A stretch of DNA of 63,229 nt, the filler included, from Octopus bimaculoides (Eukaryota): the NCBI RefSeq assembly GCF_001194135.2. It is 8 parts of 8 records of this genome, joined end to end, with 100 filler letters (N's around TTAATTAATTAA, not from the genome) between each part and the next. Parts side by side here need not be neighbours in the genome. Positions count along the whole stretch, not along the records: positions 23,741 to 43,021 come from NC_068984.1; 7 more parts are not named here. One strand, written 5' to 3'. The notes beneath the pieces were generated by a model, which saw only the letters and a list, made by a program, of their open reading frames with translations, was not told the origin of the DNA and made no database searches. Of the stretch, positions 27,297 through 39,149 are shown piece after piece; position 1 is the stretch's first letter; every line of letters begins with the position of its first letter. Made by a program: the position numbers and the translations under genes.

Positions 27297-28379
27297 CACT
27301 AAATTACGCAAAAATGAAAATAACACTGACATCTCATTTTTACGGATATATTTACCAAAATTACATAAAAATATCTTGAAATACTAAAGAGTAAATCTAT
27401 TCTATAAAATCGCCACTGGCTTCAACCATGGCCTTTAGACAACTTTGGAATTTCCTGCAGCTCTTCTGGATGGTCTCCTTGTTTAAATTGGTGAATGCTG
27501 CCATAATCATTGCCTTCAGTTCATCTTTGGTATTACAAGGAGTTTTGTTGGTCTCTCACTCAACTGCGCCCCCCCACATAATAATCAAGGGGGTTGCAGT
27601 GTGGGGAGTTAGGGGTGATGTGGTTGCAGAAATTGTCTGACAACCATGACTGGGTTCTCCTGCTAGTATGGAATGATGCAGAGTCCTGTTGCCAGACATA
27701 GGGTATTCCAGCAGCCGCCCTCTTGACCCAGAGCAGCACTAGCCTCTCCAGGCACTTGAAGTAGGTCTCCGTGTTGAGTCTGAGGCTGTGTGGGAAAATG
27801 AATGGCGATATAATGTCACCATCACTAGTGATCACGGCGGTTTGGCAGAAACGTTAGCACGCCGGGCGAAATGCTTAGCGGTATTTCGTCTGCCGCTACG
27901 TTCTGAGTTCAAATTCCGCCGAGGTCGACTTTGCCTTTCATCCTTTCGGGGTCGATTAAATAGGTACCAGTTACGCACTGGGGTCGGTATAATCGACTAA
28001 ATCCGTTTGTATGTCCTTGTGTGTCCCCTCTCTGTGTAGCCCCTTGTGGGTAGTAAAGAAATAACATCACTAGTGATCACTCCAAACACCAAGAAGTTGA
28101 CTGGATGTTTGATTTTTATCACTCTCAGCACATGTCCTCAGATTGACACCCAAACACTCTGAAATGTTTGTATTGGAGCTTCCGGCAGGAATACCAGTCA
28201 GTACAGCATGCTGTTTCCAAATTTCTGGCAGGGTGAATTGTGTCATGGTGCTGTTTTTCTCACAGACCGTGCCCAACTGACCCTACTACACTGTGTAGCT
28301 GACAAAATCAAAAACAAACAATGCGTATGTGTGAAATTAAAAATATAAAATGGCAACAATTCACTCATTGCACCCTGTA
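27297..28379 (-). mobile_element. Internally deleted Tc1/mariner-superfamily element (maT/DD37D-like)
   Basis: N-terminus MTQFTLPEIWKQHAVL... is joined directly to the catalytic region ITSDGD...PFIFPHSLRLNTETY...VWQQDSA...CNPLDYYV. One terminus is CACCCTG-TA at 28,371-28,379. Confidence 0.85.
27836..28064 (+). mobile_element. Young SINE copy with a 16-bp target-site duplication, inserted in a Tc1/mariner element
   Basis: TSD CATCACTAGTGATCAC at 27,820-27,835 and 28,065-28,080. CpGs are intact. Confidence 0.9.
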
Positions 28380-28389
28380 TATATATGCA

Positions 28390-28443
<54 letters not shown>

Positions 28444-28899
28444 AATATATGCCTACAAAACTAGATATTTTCTGTACATAACATATATATGTGTATGTGT
28501 GTGTGTGTCTGAGTTTGTCCCTTTCTACCACTTGATAGCTGGTGTTGGTCAATTTAGATCCCTGTAACTTAGCAGTTTGGCAAAAGAAACTGATAGAATA
28601 AGTACTAGGCTTAGCAAAACCAATAATAGAATGCATGATTAAGTTGTTTTCATAGTGAAATTAATAAATACAGCATCAACACTTTTTTCACAAATTAGAA
28701 AGAACAAAAGAATTTAGCAATCCAACATAAAACTAATTGGAATATTATAAATTTTGAGTGCATAAAGGCTATTAAAATTGTGTATCTAAATCAGTATAAT
28801 TATTCTGAGGTAAATGTATTTTGTTTGAGAATCAAAATAGAATATCAATTATTAGCTGTTTCTTTCCAAACTTCAAATCAAACATAATTTCTTTTTTAA

Positions 28900-29280
28900 A
28901 ATTTTTATACTTGTTTTAGTCATTTGACTGTGGTAATGCTGGAGTACCGCCTTTAGTTGCACAAATTATTCTCTGTAAGCCTAGTACTTATTTTATCGTA
29001 CTTTTTTGCTGAACTGCTAAGTTATAGGGACGTAAACACAGCAGCATTGGTTGTCAAGCAACGGTGAGGGGACAAACACAGACACATAAATACATACATA
29101 TTTCAGTTTCCATCTACCAAATCCACTCACAATGCTTTGGTTGGCCCAAGGCCATAGTAGAAGACATTTGCCCAAGGTGCTATGCAGTGTGACTGAACCT
29201 GGAACCATGTGCTTGGGAAGCAAGCTTCTTACTTGGTAAGGAGTGGTAAGAAGCAAGCTTCTTACCACTCCTGTGCCTTT
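28900..29280 (-). mobile_element. Composite SINE family (GTGGTAAGAAG...AGTCCCACTGC head, internal microsatellite, CTTGACAAC...GGTGCTCCAGCATGGCC tail)
   Basis: Full or partial copies also lie at about 255-460, 11,660-11,850, 12,100-12,290, 23,915-24,340, 38,290-38,690, 43,122-43,210, 50,660-50,980 and 54,930-55,340. Confidence 0.8.
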
Positions 29281-29710
29281 CTGTGTATGCTTAACAAATA
29301 TAGAGGATTTGTTGTAGACAAATAAATCACTAACAGTAGAAATGTTCCAAGAGATAGATGTAATATTTAAAACAAGTGACACAAATAAACTCCTATAAAT
29401 GGCAAAGAAATTATCAGTGATTTAAATATCCACAGTAAGAGTAAAGTAATTACACTTAGGCAGCTATTTTAAGAAACACTACAATGTTAACAGAAAGGCT
29501 TTCAAGTATAAAGAGTGCCTGGTGCAGTAGAATAGTAATAGCAAAAAGCCTACCCTGTCTATAACAAAAATGTGGTTTGGTCAATGCATAAGAAAGCAAA
29601 AGCTATATAAAGCAGGTTAACGCATATGAAAACAAAAGCTACATAAGGCGATCTAAAAAACAAGTGTTGTTAGTGAAAAAACATTGAATAAAAGCACAAT
29701 ACCAACTCAC

Positions 29711-29827
29711 CAGTTTAATATTTGTTGTCCAGCCATTAAAGCCAAAGTAGAAATTTGCCACATCATAACATTTATTCAAAGAAAGGTACTCTAAGGCAAA
29801 TATATTTTTTCTCTTGGCAGTTACAAT
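29711..29827 (-). CDS. RDM1: RDM1 coding exon 3, RAD52-like RD motif (IVTAKRKNIFALEYLSLNKCYDVANFYFGFNGWTTNIKL)
   Basis: 117 nt, phase 0/0. Acceptor TTTTATTATAG, donor CTG|GTGAGT. KCYDVANFYFGFNGW matches the recalled human RDM1 KCQELANYYFGFNGC. Confidence 0.95.
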
Positions 29828-30409
29828 CTATAATAAAATTTTAAAATCTCATTTTTCATCATCATTATTTGGTAAATGCTTCAAAAAATATATTTTGCTT
29901 GTTAACTTTACTTCAAAAGGTTTTTGTATTTTTTGAGATTAAACTTTAATCAGACTGTCAGTTCACAATTTTATTTCAAGCAGCTTTTCCTGATGATCCT
30001 GATAACATATTCATATTACGTGTGTTAGCTTTTCTTAAAATTTCATCAGAGTCTGATATCTTTAATAACCTAGTTTTCTTAGACTAAATTTGATTTATTT
30101 TTCAGACTTATACAACACCCCATTAAATAATATTCTGAACATGTTTCCTGCATACAGTATATACAATTCTCAATTTAACATTTTTGCTAATTTCTCCACT
30201 CTGCCTATCCTTATACCAATTATGCATTATACAACTTATGACGACAGCTCCTTTCCATTAAGTTACTAATATGTCATTAATTGCAATGTTTTTAATCATT
30301 AAATTAAGAGATCAACAACTTTAACCACCTACTAGAATTAGTTTTAACACCATGTTTAAAATATCAAAATCTAAATTAGCAAGTAAATAGTAGTTAAATT
30401 CATTCTTGC

Positions 30410-30643
30410 CTTGCATTGTTGTCCACCAATATATAAGTTACAGTTTAGATTCCTCCGAGCACTTTGACTTGCTCTGATAGAATAATACTTCACAAAGGCA
30501 TAGGCATTATTATTATTGGAAACAGAGTCATTCTTCCCAGCGTGTGACATGTGTTCATACTGTACTGGTTGCTGATTTGTATTGGAGAATAGTTGAATTT
30601 CATAGAGAAGACCAAATGCAGAAAATTTCTCATAAAGAATATC
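30410..30643 (-). CDS. RDM1: RDM1 coding exon 2, RRM core (DILYEKFSAFGLLYEIQLF...AYAFVKYYSIRASQSARRNLNCNLYIGGQQCK)
   Basis: 234 nt open frame. Acceptor TTTCTCTTTGTTTTAG, donor AAG|GCAAG (GC). FSAFGLLY and YAFVKYYS match the recalled human RDM1 motifs FSQFGLLY and YAVIKFYS. Confidence 0.92.
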
Positions 30644-31129
30644 CTAAAACAAAGAGAAATTAATAAATCTTATAGCATTTTGTTTATACAGACATTGCAT
30701 TTTCTCACATAATTCTGTTTAACTACACAACTTCTTATATATGCATATTATCATTGTTTTTCATTTTAAAGTGCACTTTTCCATGCTTGCATGGGTCAGA
30801 AAAATCTTGTTGATGTAAATTTTCTATGATCAGATATTCTGTTGCTAACTCTCACCTATTTTCAAGAAAAATAATATTTCCTCTTGTCCATAGAACTCAA
30901 ACAGCATAATGGCTGAACATGATTCCATGGAAGATTGCAAATGAACAACATTGCTTATATTTTCAGCTTCCATCTACCAAATCCACCAAAAGGTTTTGGT
31001 TGGCCCTGGCCTATAGTAAAAGGCACTTGTCCAAAGTAACACACAGCAGGACAATTTGAAACTATGTGGCTAGGAAGTGAACTTAAGCACACGGCATTCT
31101 GCCATACCAACGTCTATGGTCATACCTGC

Positions 31130-31400
31130 ACCTTCTCACCCATATGTCTACTCAACTGTTGCAAGAAAGGACATTACATTGTAATGGCCAAGGGGAGGGG
31201 ATGATGATGGCTGCATGAACAAGTGCCAAGAGCTCAAAATGAATGGTGCCTGTAGAAGAGGGAGACCAAAGAAGACTTGTGATGAAGACATGAAAAATGA
31301 TCCCAAGGGCAATCTAGCCTTTTCTCTAAAGAGATTAAGTGTAACTAGATGGTCTGCACAGTCCAGGCAATTAAAAATGAAGCAGTCCAGCAATTAAAAA
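31130..31400 (+). mobile_element. RTE-clade LINE C-terminal fragment
   Basis: CQELKMNGACRRGRPKKTCDEDMKND matches the RTE GRGRPxKTW motif. Confidence 0.7.
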
Positions 31401-31429
31401 TGGATATAGGGATATTTTACAAACTCTCA

Positions 31430-32733
31430 AACATATGTTTGAAAACTAAGAAGAGAAGCATGAATGTAAGTGAAATGCAAAGAATTTATACAAGTTGGTA
31501 AAATTGGAATATGCTGTTTTAACAGTCATTTGAGAAGAACTTATGGAGTGTTTTAACAAAACAAGTAAGAAACTCCAAACACCTGGTTCTGATGTATTTG
31601 AAGGTTCTCTGCTAGTAGCTTTGCTTCCATTTGTTAAAGAACTACAAGAAAATTAAGCAGACAGGATTGCACATTATGAATCAGTAGCAGAAGGTTTATG
31701 TGAATACATCACCTCAAATTATTCTGATGTTTCTAAACACATTGCTACGAAGAAACTTGCACATGGAGTAAGTGATAGGGCTTCTTTGAAAGGGGTTAAA
31801 AAATTTAGGATAGAAGTTCTAAATCAAGTCTATGACTGTTTGATAATTCAGTTAAGCAAGAGGATGGATCCATATGAGTAGATTGCGAAAAGGTACAAAT
31901 TTCTATCAGAATTAATGGACAATTTCAGAATTTGATGAAGACAGTATCAAATTTATAATATCGCATTACAAAGACAATATTGACTACATATCAATAAATG
32001 AGTGCTATCAGTTCAAAGAGTATTTACATCTTAGGAAATCCTAAAACACAGAAGAAAACACACCATCTAAAATGCAATGCACAGAAGTTCTTCAGCTTAT
32101 TAATCAGCAACAATTAATTGTAGTGTCCTCTAATATTACCACTGCACATAAGCTGTACTCGACAATGCCTATCATGAGCTGTGAAGTAGAAAGGAGTTCC
32201 TCAAAGCTTTCCTTTGTCAAGAATAAATTTCGGTCTACCATGACTGAAGAGCGCTTAAACTCCTTATGCATATTGTCTCTAGAAAATGACATTGCATGGA
32301 GGCTGTCATATGACAAAACTGTTGCTACAAAAAACAGAACAATGAGTATTTTGTAATTTTCATATGTATCTTAATCATGCATGTATATAATGCTTCCCTA
32401 ATTTTCACCCTCCATAACTCTAAAAGTATAAAGCTTAGACTGGAAAATATTTGTAGTGATTTGCCTTGGAAAAGATATTGGTGATTATCCACACTTCGTT
32501 TCTGGTGGAAAGAGGGCTGACTTTCAGACTCATTTTTAAGGACTCCACCATTTGGGCAATCAGGACCTCAAGCTGGAGTTCCTTGCAAGGGCACGAAAAT
32601 TCTTTGACCCTTGTTGCGTGTTACCCTTGTTGCGTGTTACCCTTGTTGCGTGTTACCCTATTGCTGCTGGTTGTAAAGGGAGCCGACATAACATTTTAAG
32701 CTTCAAGGCCTCAATATTGTAGATCCGCCACTG
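31430..32733 (+). mobile_element. 3' part of a hAT DNA transposon
   Basis: ORF 32,072-32,356 contains the hAT dimerisation motif SCEVERSSSKLSFVKNKFRSTMTEERLNSLCILSLENDI. Terminus AGATCCGCCACTG (inverse CAGTGGCGGATCT). A 16-bp unit ACCCTTGTTGCGTGTT is repeated three times at 32,607-32,654. Confidence 0.8.
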
Positions 32734-32984
32734 TCACCTAGTCATCAATTTCTTTCCTGTTCTCTCTGCCAATGGTGATAGCTATTTCGCTTCGCTTTGT
32801 AAGTTACAAGGTGATCTAATTGGTAATGATGGCACGGAAAAAGCACCTAACACATTCTCGTCTTCTTATAGCCGGGTTCCAACCTGGGCCGCAGTAACAC
32901 TGTCCGGCCGTCACACTTCTCGGTCCAACATCACTGCTTCAAGGGGTCATCTTTCAGTTTAGGGCGTTTAAAAAGTAAATAAAA

Positions 32985-33329
32985 CTGAAGCCTAAATGAC
33001 AGCATCTTCACTCACGAAGTGATTGTGCACCAGAACTTTGTGATCCCACAAATGAGGACGTCCACGCGCAAAATGTGGAGAATATGTGGATGCGGGTGAA
33101 AAGAACATTACGGCGACAATTTGGAACGTCGGACAATTTATTTGTCATATTTACACGAATACATATGGAAGAATTCTGTTCCAAAAAAAAAAAAAAAGAC
33201 TTTAGTTCACTTTTTGGTGGCTATAGCTCAGGTCTACGTAGTTTAACAGTTGACTTATTTATTCCCCCTCGTTATTTCTCCTTTCATTTTTATTTACTTT
33301 TTAAAACCCTAAACTGAAAGATTACCGCC
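32985..33329 (+). mobile_element. Merlin (IS1595/ISXO2-like) transposon 3' fragment
   Basis: Frameshifted translation HEVIVHQNFV/DPTNEDVHAQNVENMWMRVKRTLRRQFGTS...SYLHEYIW. Putative terminus GATTACCGCC (inverse GGCGGTAATC) at 33,320-33,329. Confidence 0.75.
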
Positions 33330-33339
33330 TCGAGGATCT

Positions 33340-33770
33340 GGATGCAATGCAGGCCAGTGTCTGCGATCAAGTTGTCGCTTTCACATTTTCCTTTTCTCAC
33401 ATCACCATGAAATGATGCTGAACTGTTTGCTTTGAGCGGTTCCAAACTGAATGTTATTGAAAACTTCAATAACTAAGGTACTTGGGTGAGCAATTCGGAA
33501 GCAGACATTAATATCAGAAAGACACAAGCATGGACAGCTTGTTGCAAACTAACACACTCTGTTAATCTTGCCGAATGCAAAACCACATCAGTAGCGCTGG
33601 TGCCACAAAAACAGCACCCAATACACTCTATAAACGGTTTGGTTTCAGGAAGGGCAACCGAATGTAGAACTAAGCCAAAATTGGAGCAAGACGTGGTCCT
33701 CTGTTGATTCGTAGAATCCTGTCGAGCTATTCATGCCAACATAGAAAGCGGACGTAAAATGAGGATAACA
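33340..33770 (+). mobile_element. RTE-clade RT fragment plus 3' tail
   Basis: LNVIENF..(Y)LG...SEADINIRKTQAWTACCKL resembles the RTE RT thumb. The 3' portion resembles the CCAACCCATGCTAGCATGG...GGACGTTAAA tail family. Confidence 0.55.
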
Positions 33771-33903
33771 CACACACAAACTACGATTCAGAAAACGGCA
33801 TTATGTGAACATTGAAAACAATTGCTTACTTTTAAAAATAATCTCATTCAGTTCATGTAAAGGTTTGATTTAATAAAAATAGGGAATACTAAAATCGACT
33901 TAC

Positions 33904-34005
33904 GTAGATATCAGCAGGTGGTAATGACAGCGGTATATTAGATACAAACAAGTTTTTCCGATTAGAATGTGGCGGGCAGAACTCAATAATTTCAATGTCG
34001 TTCAT
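33904..34005 (-). CDS. RDM1: RDM1 coding exon 1 (MNDIEIIEFCPPHSNRKNLFVSNIPLSLPPADIY)
   Basis: Manual translation: ATG at 34,005, 102 nt, phase-0 perfect donor TAC|GTAAGT. Resembles the RDM1 N-terminus and first RRM strand, and joins in frame to the next exon. Confidence 0.9.
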
Positions 34006-36739
34006 GATTTGTAAATACAAATTGAATAAACAGTAAATGGGCCCAAGGGAAATAACTCTAAGTTAGGAATGCCATTTCGTTACTTGAGATATTTAAGACT
34101 AACAACTACATGGAGATTCTATTCTCTTTTAACCTGTAATACCTCCCTGTACTTTTTTTCGTATATATCTTGGCATATCCTTACCTAACCTTTTGAATAT
34201 AAACATACTTGTAATCTAGCCAAACAAATTGAATACCTTTTCTATTGCGAGTGAAGAATTTAAAGTACGAACTGTAAATGTAGACGATCTGCACTGATCC
34301 CGTTTAATTCAACAAAAAATTATTTTCCAAGGGTCTGGTATATAACATGTACCAGACTCCTAGTTGTCATTTGAATTACGGTAGTGTAATTTTTTTTATT
34401 TTTAGGACAGGTGATCTTCATTTTGCACAAATGAAATTAAAAATCAATATCAGTTTTTATCTTGAAATGTTACTTAAATTTCTGTTGGCTTTGAGGTTAT
34501 CAAGCAATATTATAAATTCAATTTTTCTAAACACGCGCAAGGCAAACACTGTTTACTAGATTCGTGCACGTTCGCAATCCCTTTCAAACTTTCCTAATGA
34601 AATTTACTCTTTAAAAAAAAAAAATACTCCTAAAATTTTCAATAAATATATAACTTAGCACAAGGCTAGAAATTTGTGGGTAGAGGATAAATATAAAAAG
34701 CCGTCAGTATAGTACAGGAAGCATAACATTTCGCTGCAAAACAAACTGTAGGAAAATGTGATTAGCACTTGCTGGGTACTTCACAATTCCATACATAGTT
34801 CATGGAAGGAAAAGGGTTAAATGATTTTCAGTGCCAGAAGGAAAAGAGAGACACAACTGGTAGAATGTTTAAGAGAAGATTTTATTTAGATGTTAACGTG
34901 TGTGTGTGTGTGTGTGCGACATATAAACATAATAGACAAGCCGTCATGTATACAAAGTGTATGTATAAAAACATAGATGTATGCGTGTGCGATAAGTACA
35001 GAGCATTGAAAGAGTCTATAATGAAGTTAGAAAAATGTTCAGACACTAGAATGATAAATAGCAGTTCGTAGTCAAAGGTACACAGTAGTTGAGGTGCTGT
35101 ATCAAGAAGTTGAAGCTGCAATGCAGAGCCAGGGAGAAGCACATGTTGTGAGAAGTTGTGGCTTCAATGCTGCTGCCGGTTACTTGTTACAGAAGGTTGT
35201 CACAGGATGTATTTGCTGTTAACCATGGTGAAGTAATTCACAAACAGTGTTGAGATAGAACCTGTGTGAGTGTGCTGGTTGGTGTGTACATATAGAAGTT
35301 GGTGTCGTTATAAGATGATGGTAGCAATGAAGATGGAGGTCCTGAATACTGTTGGACGAAGTGTTGATGAGTCTCCATGTGGCTGCTGTTGTGTCGTCAC
35401 TGGGACTAGCTGTGTGCTCTGTGGTCAGTGGATAGACCTCAGAAGGTCTGTAGCCGAAAGACCTCAGGACGGTGTGAAGCTAGCGTTTTATACGAAGCGG
35501 TTGGCGCAAACTGGGGTTTAGAAGAGACTGTCTCACATGACCTTATCTGAAGGCTGCAACTGGTTGGGTGGCATCTTGGCGTGCAATAGAGCAAGAGACA
35601 AATTGAGTCAATACCAACCAATTAGAGTAGTGGACACAACAGGGTCCAAAGGTGCGACCAAAGACTAGGTATTATCCACTATGTCCGTATTTATGTATAT
35701 ATAACAGAGAGAGAGAAGTTTTCTTCAGGCGTTCGCTACAAAACTATCAAGTCTTACTCATCCATTCTTTTGTGCTATACCTACTTTCTCATATATACAA
35801 CATTGGTAAATTATTAGGTGCAAAACTGCATTAGCCCCAATTATTTAGCTTTTGTCTTGTGTAAATCACGATGTGTTTTTTGCCTCTTCTTTCTTTTTAA
35901 AACCAATTGTTAATAATATACGCTTACCACTTTTATATAGCTATAAAATTTTAAGTTAGCACAAGGCATGAGGCTGCGGAAAAAGTATCAACCTGTTTAG
36001 AAATAGGAGCTAAATTCCTAATTCAACTGCCGGAAGGCATCAAATAACAGAAAAACAACAGTAGGCTAGGAAACGGATAAAGAATTAAGACAACCTGAAA
36101 ACATGGTATATGAGTATCTGAATGGAATATTCTTTAAAGGTATGCTTTTTTTAATGCTATTAGACCTGTTGAACTGCCTATGTTACTGCTGTTAATATTA
36201 TCAATTAAAAATATTCACCGCAGATGATATTAACAATAGGAACATCTTACTTTGAGTGCAAATACTCAAATGTTTTTGCTCATATATATATTTTGCACCA
36301 TGTGGACTGGCTTGGCACAAAACAAACCACAACATTGGCAGATCTATAACGTGACTCATACTGAATAAGGCTGAGGCCCTTGGGCCAGAATCCGAAACCA
36401 TGGTATATGAGTATCTGAATGGCATATATATATTTGTATTAAATATATTTATATATATCTAACTAAATCAGGTTTGGTAAAGGAAAGGTGATCACACATC
36501 TACCTTGTCGCTGTTGTGATTACAGACAGACAGAAAGACAAAGAATTTTATATAGTCAGATTAAGCACATGTATTAAATGTTAATATGTAACTGTAAATA
36601 CCTTGCAATGTTGCAAGTGCTATGATAATTATTAACTGGTAAATGTGTAAAATAAGATGATCTTAGTGTTATTACATTAGAATTAAAAGTGAAACAATAT
36701 TATTTCACATTACCATATAGATGTTATTGTTTCACTTTT

Positions 36740-36945
36740 GACACATAATACAGAACCAGTCGAAGAGATTGCTCCAGGCCCACATTAGGTAAGAAGTTGA
36801 AAATTTTTTCGGCCCATGATATTCTATGGACCCTAAGTAACGTATATGTAAAATTTCAATGAAATCAGTTGGGTAGTTCTTGAGTTTTAGGACTTCGCAC
36901 ATACATACATACAGACAGACACACATTCTCGGTTTTATATTCTTT
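36740..36945 (+). mobile_element. Possible Helentron/DINE-like non-autonomous repeat
   Basis: AAATTTCAATGAAATC...ACATACAGACAGAC...TTTTATAT layout, with a similar unit at about 37,760-37,880. Based on pattern recognition only. Confidence 0.35.
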
Positions 36946-37899
36946 TATTTGCTTCAGTCATTTGACTGCAGCCATGCTGGAGCACCGCCTTTAGTCAAAC
37001 AAATCAACCTCAGGACAATTCCCCCAAAATATTAGGTATTGAACCAGTATTTCCTTGGATGAAACCCTCCCTTCATGAAGCTAACACAACCTCTAATCAA
37101 ATTTACATGAAAGACATCTTCATTCCTGGTATATTCATAAATAAGTCACTAACTGAAATAAGTGGATCTATTGTTGAGGAAAATACTATTTACTTGTTTT
37201 AGGGTTGTTCTGGGTAAAGTGTAAAAATAACCCTAACAGTTCAAAGAAATAAACATACTCAACTTCATTTATACCAAACAAAATGTAATATTTTGAAAAA
37301 TTTTTGCATGGTTGCCATGAAAACAGCACGTTAATGGTAAAATTTGCAAATAAGTTGTGGCATTGATATCTCCATAACCCATGGTCAGATTTTACTCACA
37401 TTTGTTTTAAATGAAAGATCTTAGGTAGGTATATGAAATGTCATTAAATTTATATATTGACTTAGGACAGGGGTTAGATTGATTGTAAAATCACTGACCT
37501 TGTCTGACAACTTCTTGTAAGAAAGTCCATGTAATGTAGAACGCACACGTATTTATACAGAGTAACCACTGGCAACTGCTCACTCTAATGATATTACTTC
37601 TCTAATAAATGGAGGGAGAAATGACCAGTGGGCAAAAGAGAAAAATAAAGAAAAATTAATTGGTTATTTCCCCTTGGCCATTATAGGAAAATATATGGGT
37701 TATATCTGCACCCCTTCTAGGAGCCCTAACCATACAATTATAGATTTTTATCAAACTGCAATGAGCCTAGTAACAAACTGAATGTTGGTTTAACATGTAT
37801 GCAAAGTTTCATGAAGATTCATTAATGGGTGTAGACAGTAACTTGATACAAACAGACAACTAAACAGATTGCCGTTTATATATGCATAGATATGCATAT

Positions 37900-38280
37900 G
37901 TGGAGGCGCAATGGCCCAGTGGTTAGGGCAGCGGACTCACGGTCATAGGATCGCGGTTTCGATTCCCAGACTGGGTGTTGTGAGTGTTTATTGAACGGAA
38001 ACACCTAAAGCTCCATGAGGCTCTGGCAGGGTGGGGGGACCCTGCTGTACTCTGTCACCACAACTTTCTCTCACTCTTACTTCCTGTTTCTGTTGTGCCT
38101 GTAATTCAAAGGGTCAGCCTTGTCACACTGTGTCACGCTGAATATCCCCGAGAACTATGTTAAGGGTACACATGTCTGTGGAGTGCTCAACCACTTGCAC
38201 GTTAATTTCATGAGCAGGCTGTTCCGTTGATCGGATCAACTGGAGCCCTCGACGTCGTAAGCGATGGAGTGCCAACAACA
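37900..38280 (+). mobile_element. tRNA-headed SINE with a 12-bp TSD (AGATATGCATAT at 37,888-37,899 and 38,281-38,292)
   Basis: A-box/B-box-like head GGCGCAATGGCCCAGTGGTTAGGGC...GGTTTCGATTCCC. The same head occurs at about 50,351-50,620 (11-bp TSD TATATGAATGT). The 3' part recurs inverted at about 44,180-44,330. Confidence 0.85.
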
Positions 38281-39149
38281 AGATATGCATATATGTTCTT
38301 CTATTCTTTTGTTTCAGTCATTTTGATTGTGACCATGCAGTAGCACTGCCTTAAAAGGTTTTTAAGCAATAAACTCCAGGATTTATTCTTTATAAGACTA
38401 GTACTTATGTTATTGGTTTATTTTGCCAAATTGCTAAGTTATGGGGACATAAACACACCAACATCAGTTGTCAAGCGATGTTGAGGGGACAGACACAAGC
38501 ACAAAGACACACATAAATATATACATATATATATGATGGACTTCTTTCAGTTTTCGTCTACAAAATCCACTCACAAGGGTTTGGTCAGCCTGAAACTATA
38601 GTAGAAGACACTTGCCCAAGGTGCCATGCAGTGGGACTGAACCTGGAACCATGTGGCTGGGGAGCAAGCTTCTTACCACACATACATACATACCACATAT
38701 GTGTGTGTGTGTGTGGGGGGGATCTGAGAGATATAGGATTCAATTCACTGTAATCACCTACTGGCAAATTTTTTCTGTCTGCTAGCAATATTTACTTCAT
38801 TGTCTGTAATACATGTATCCATGCATATATACATACATACATGAATGTATTTATGCATATATATATAATGAGTGTTAGACTGCAGCCATGCTGGAGTATA
38901 GTATATGGTTGAAAAAAAGCAAAATCCAAAACATCTTACACAAAACTACAAATTACAGAGAATAAACATTGGCAATATATATTGTAATTATTGATCGCTT
39001 TATCAAATCCACATGTAATCATTTCATGTATACGGTTAATTTTGATCCATCTATGTGTATTCAGAAAGCTTCAGTATTATCTGTGAAATACAAATGACAG
39101 GTTCTATAAAATGACAAAATCCATAAAATGACAGAAATGATTTACTGTA

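Noticed and set aside
29990-30056. TGATGA...CTGA as a box C/D snoRNA
   Set aside because: It is antisense to the host RDM1 intron, box C is imperfect, and there is no terminal stem or recognisable guide.
35040-35650. GC-richer segment with several short ORFs
   Set aside because: All frames are interrupted. It is probably a decayed retroelement, but no diagnostic motif was found, so it is not called.
37901-37975. tRNA-like sequences here and at about 44,722 and 50,353
   Set aside because: They continue into SINE bodies flanked by TSDs and do not form a clean cloverleaf with an acceptor stem. They are SINE heads, not tRNA genes.
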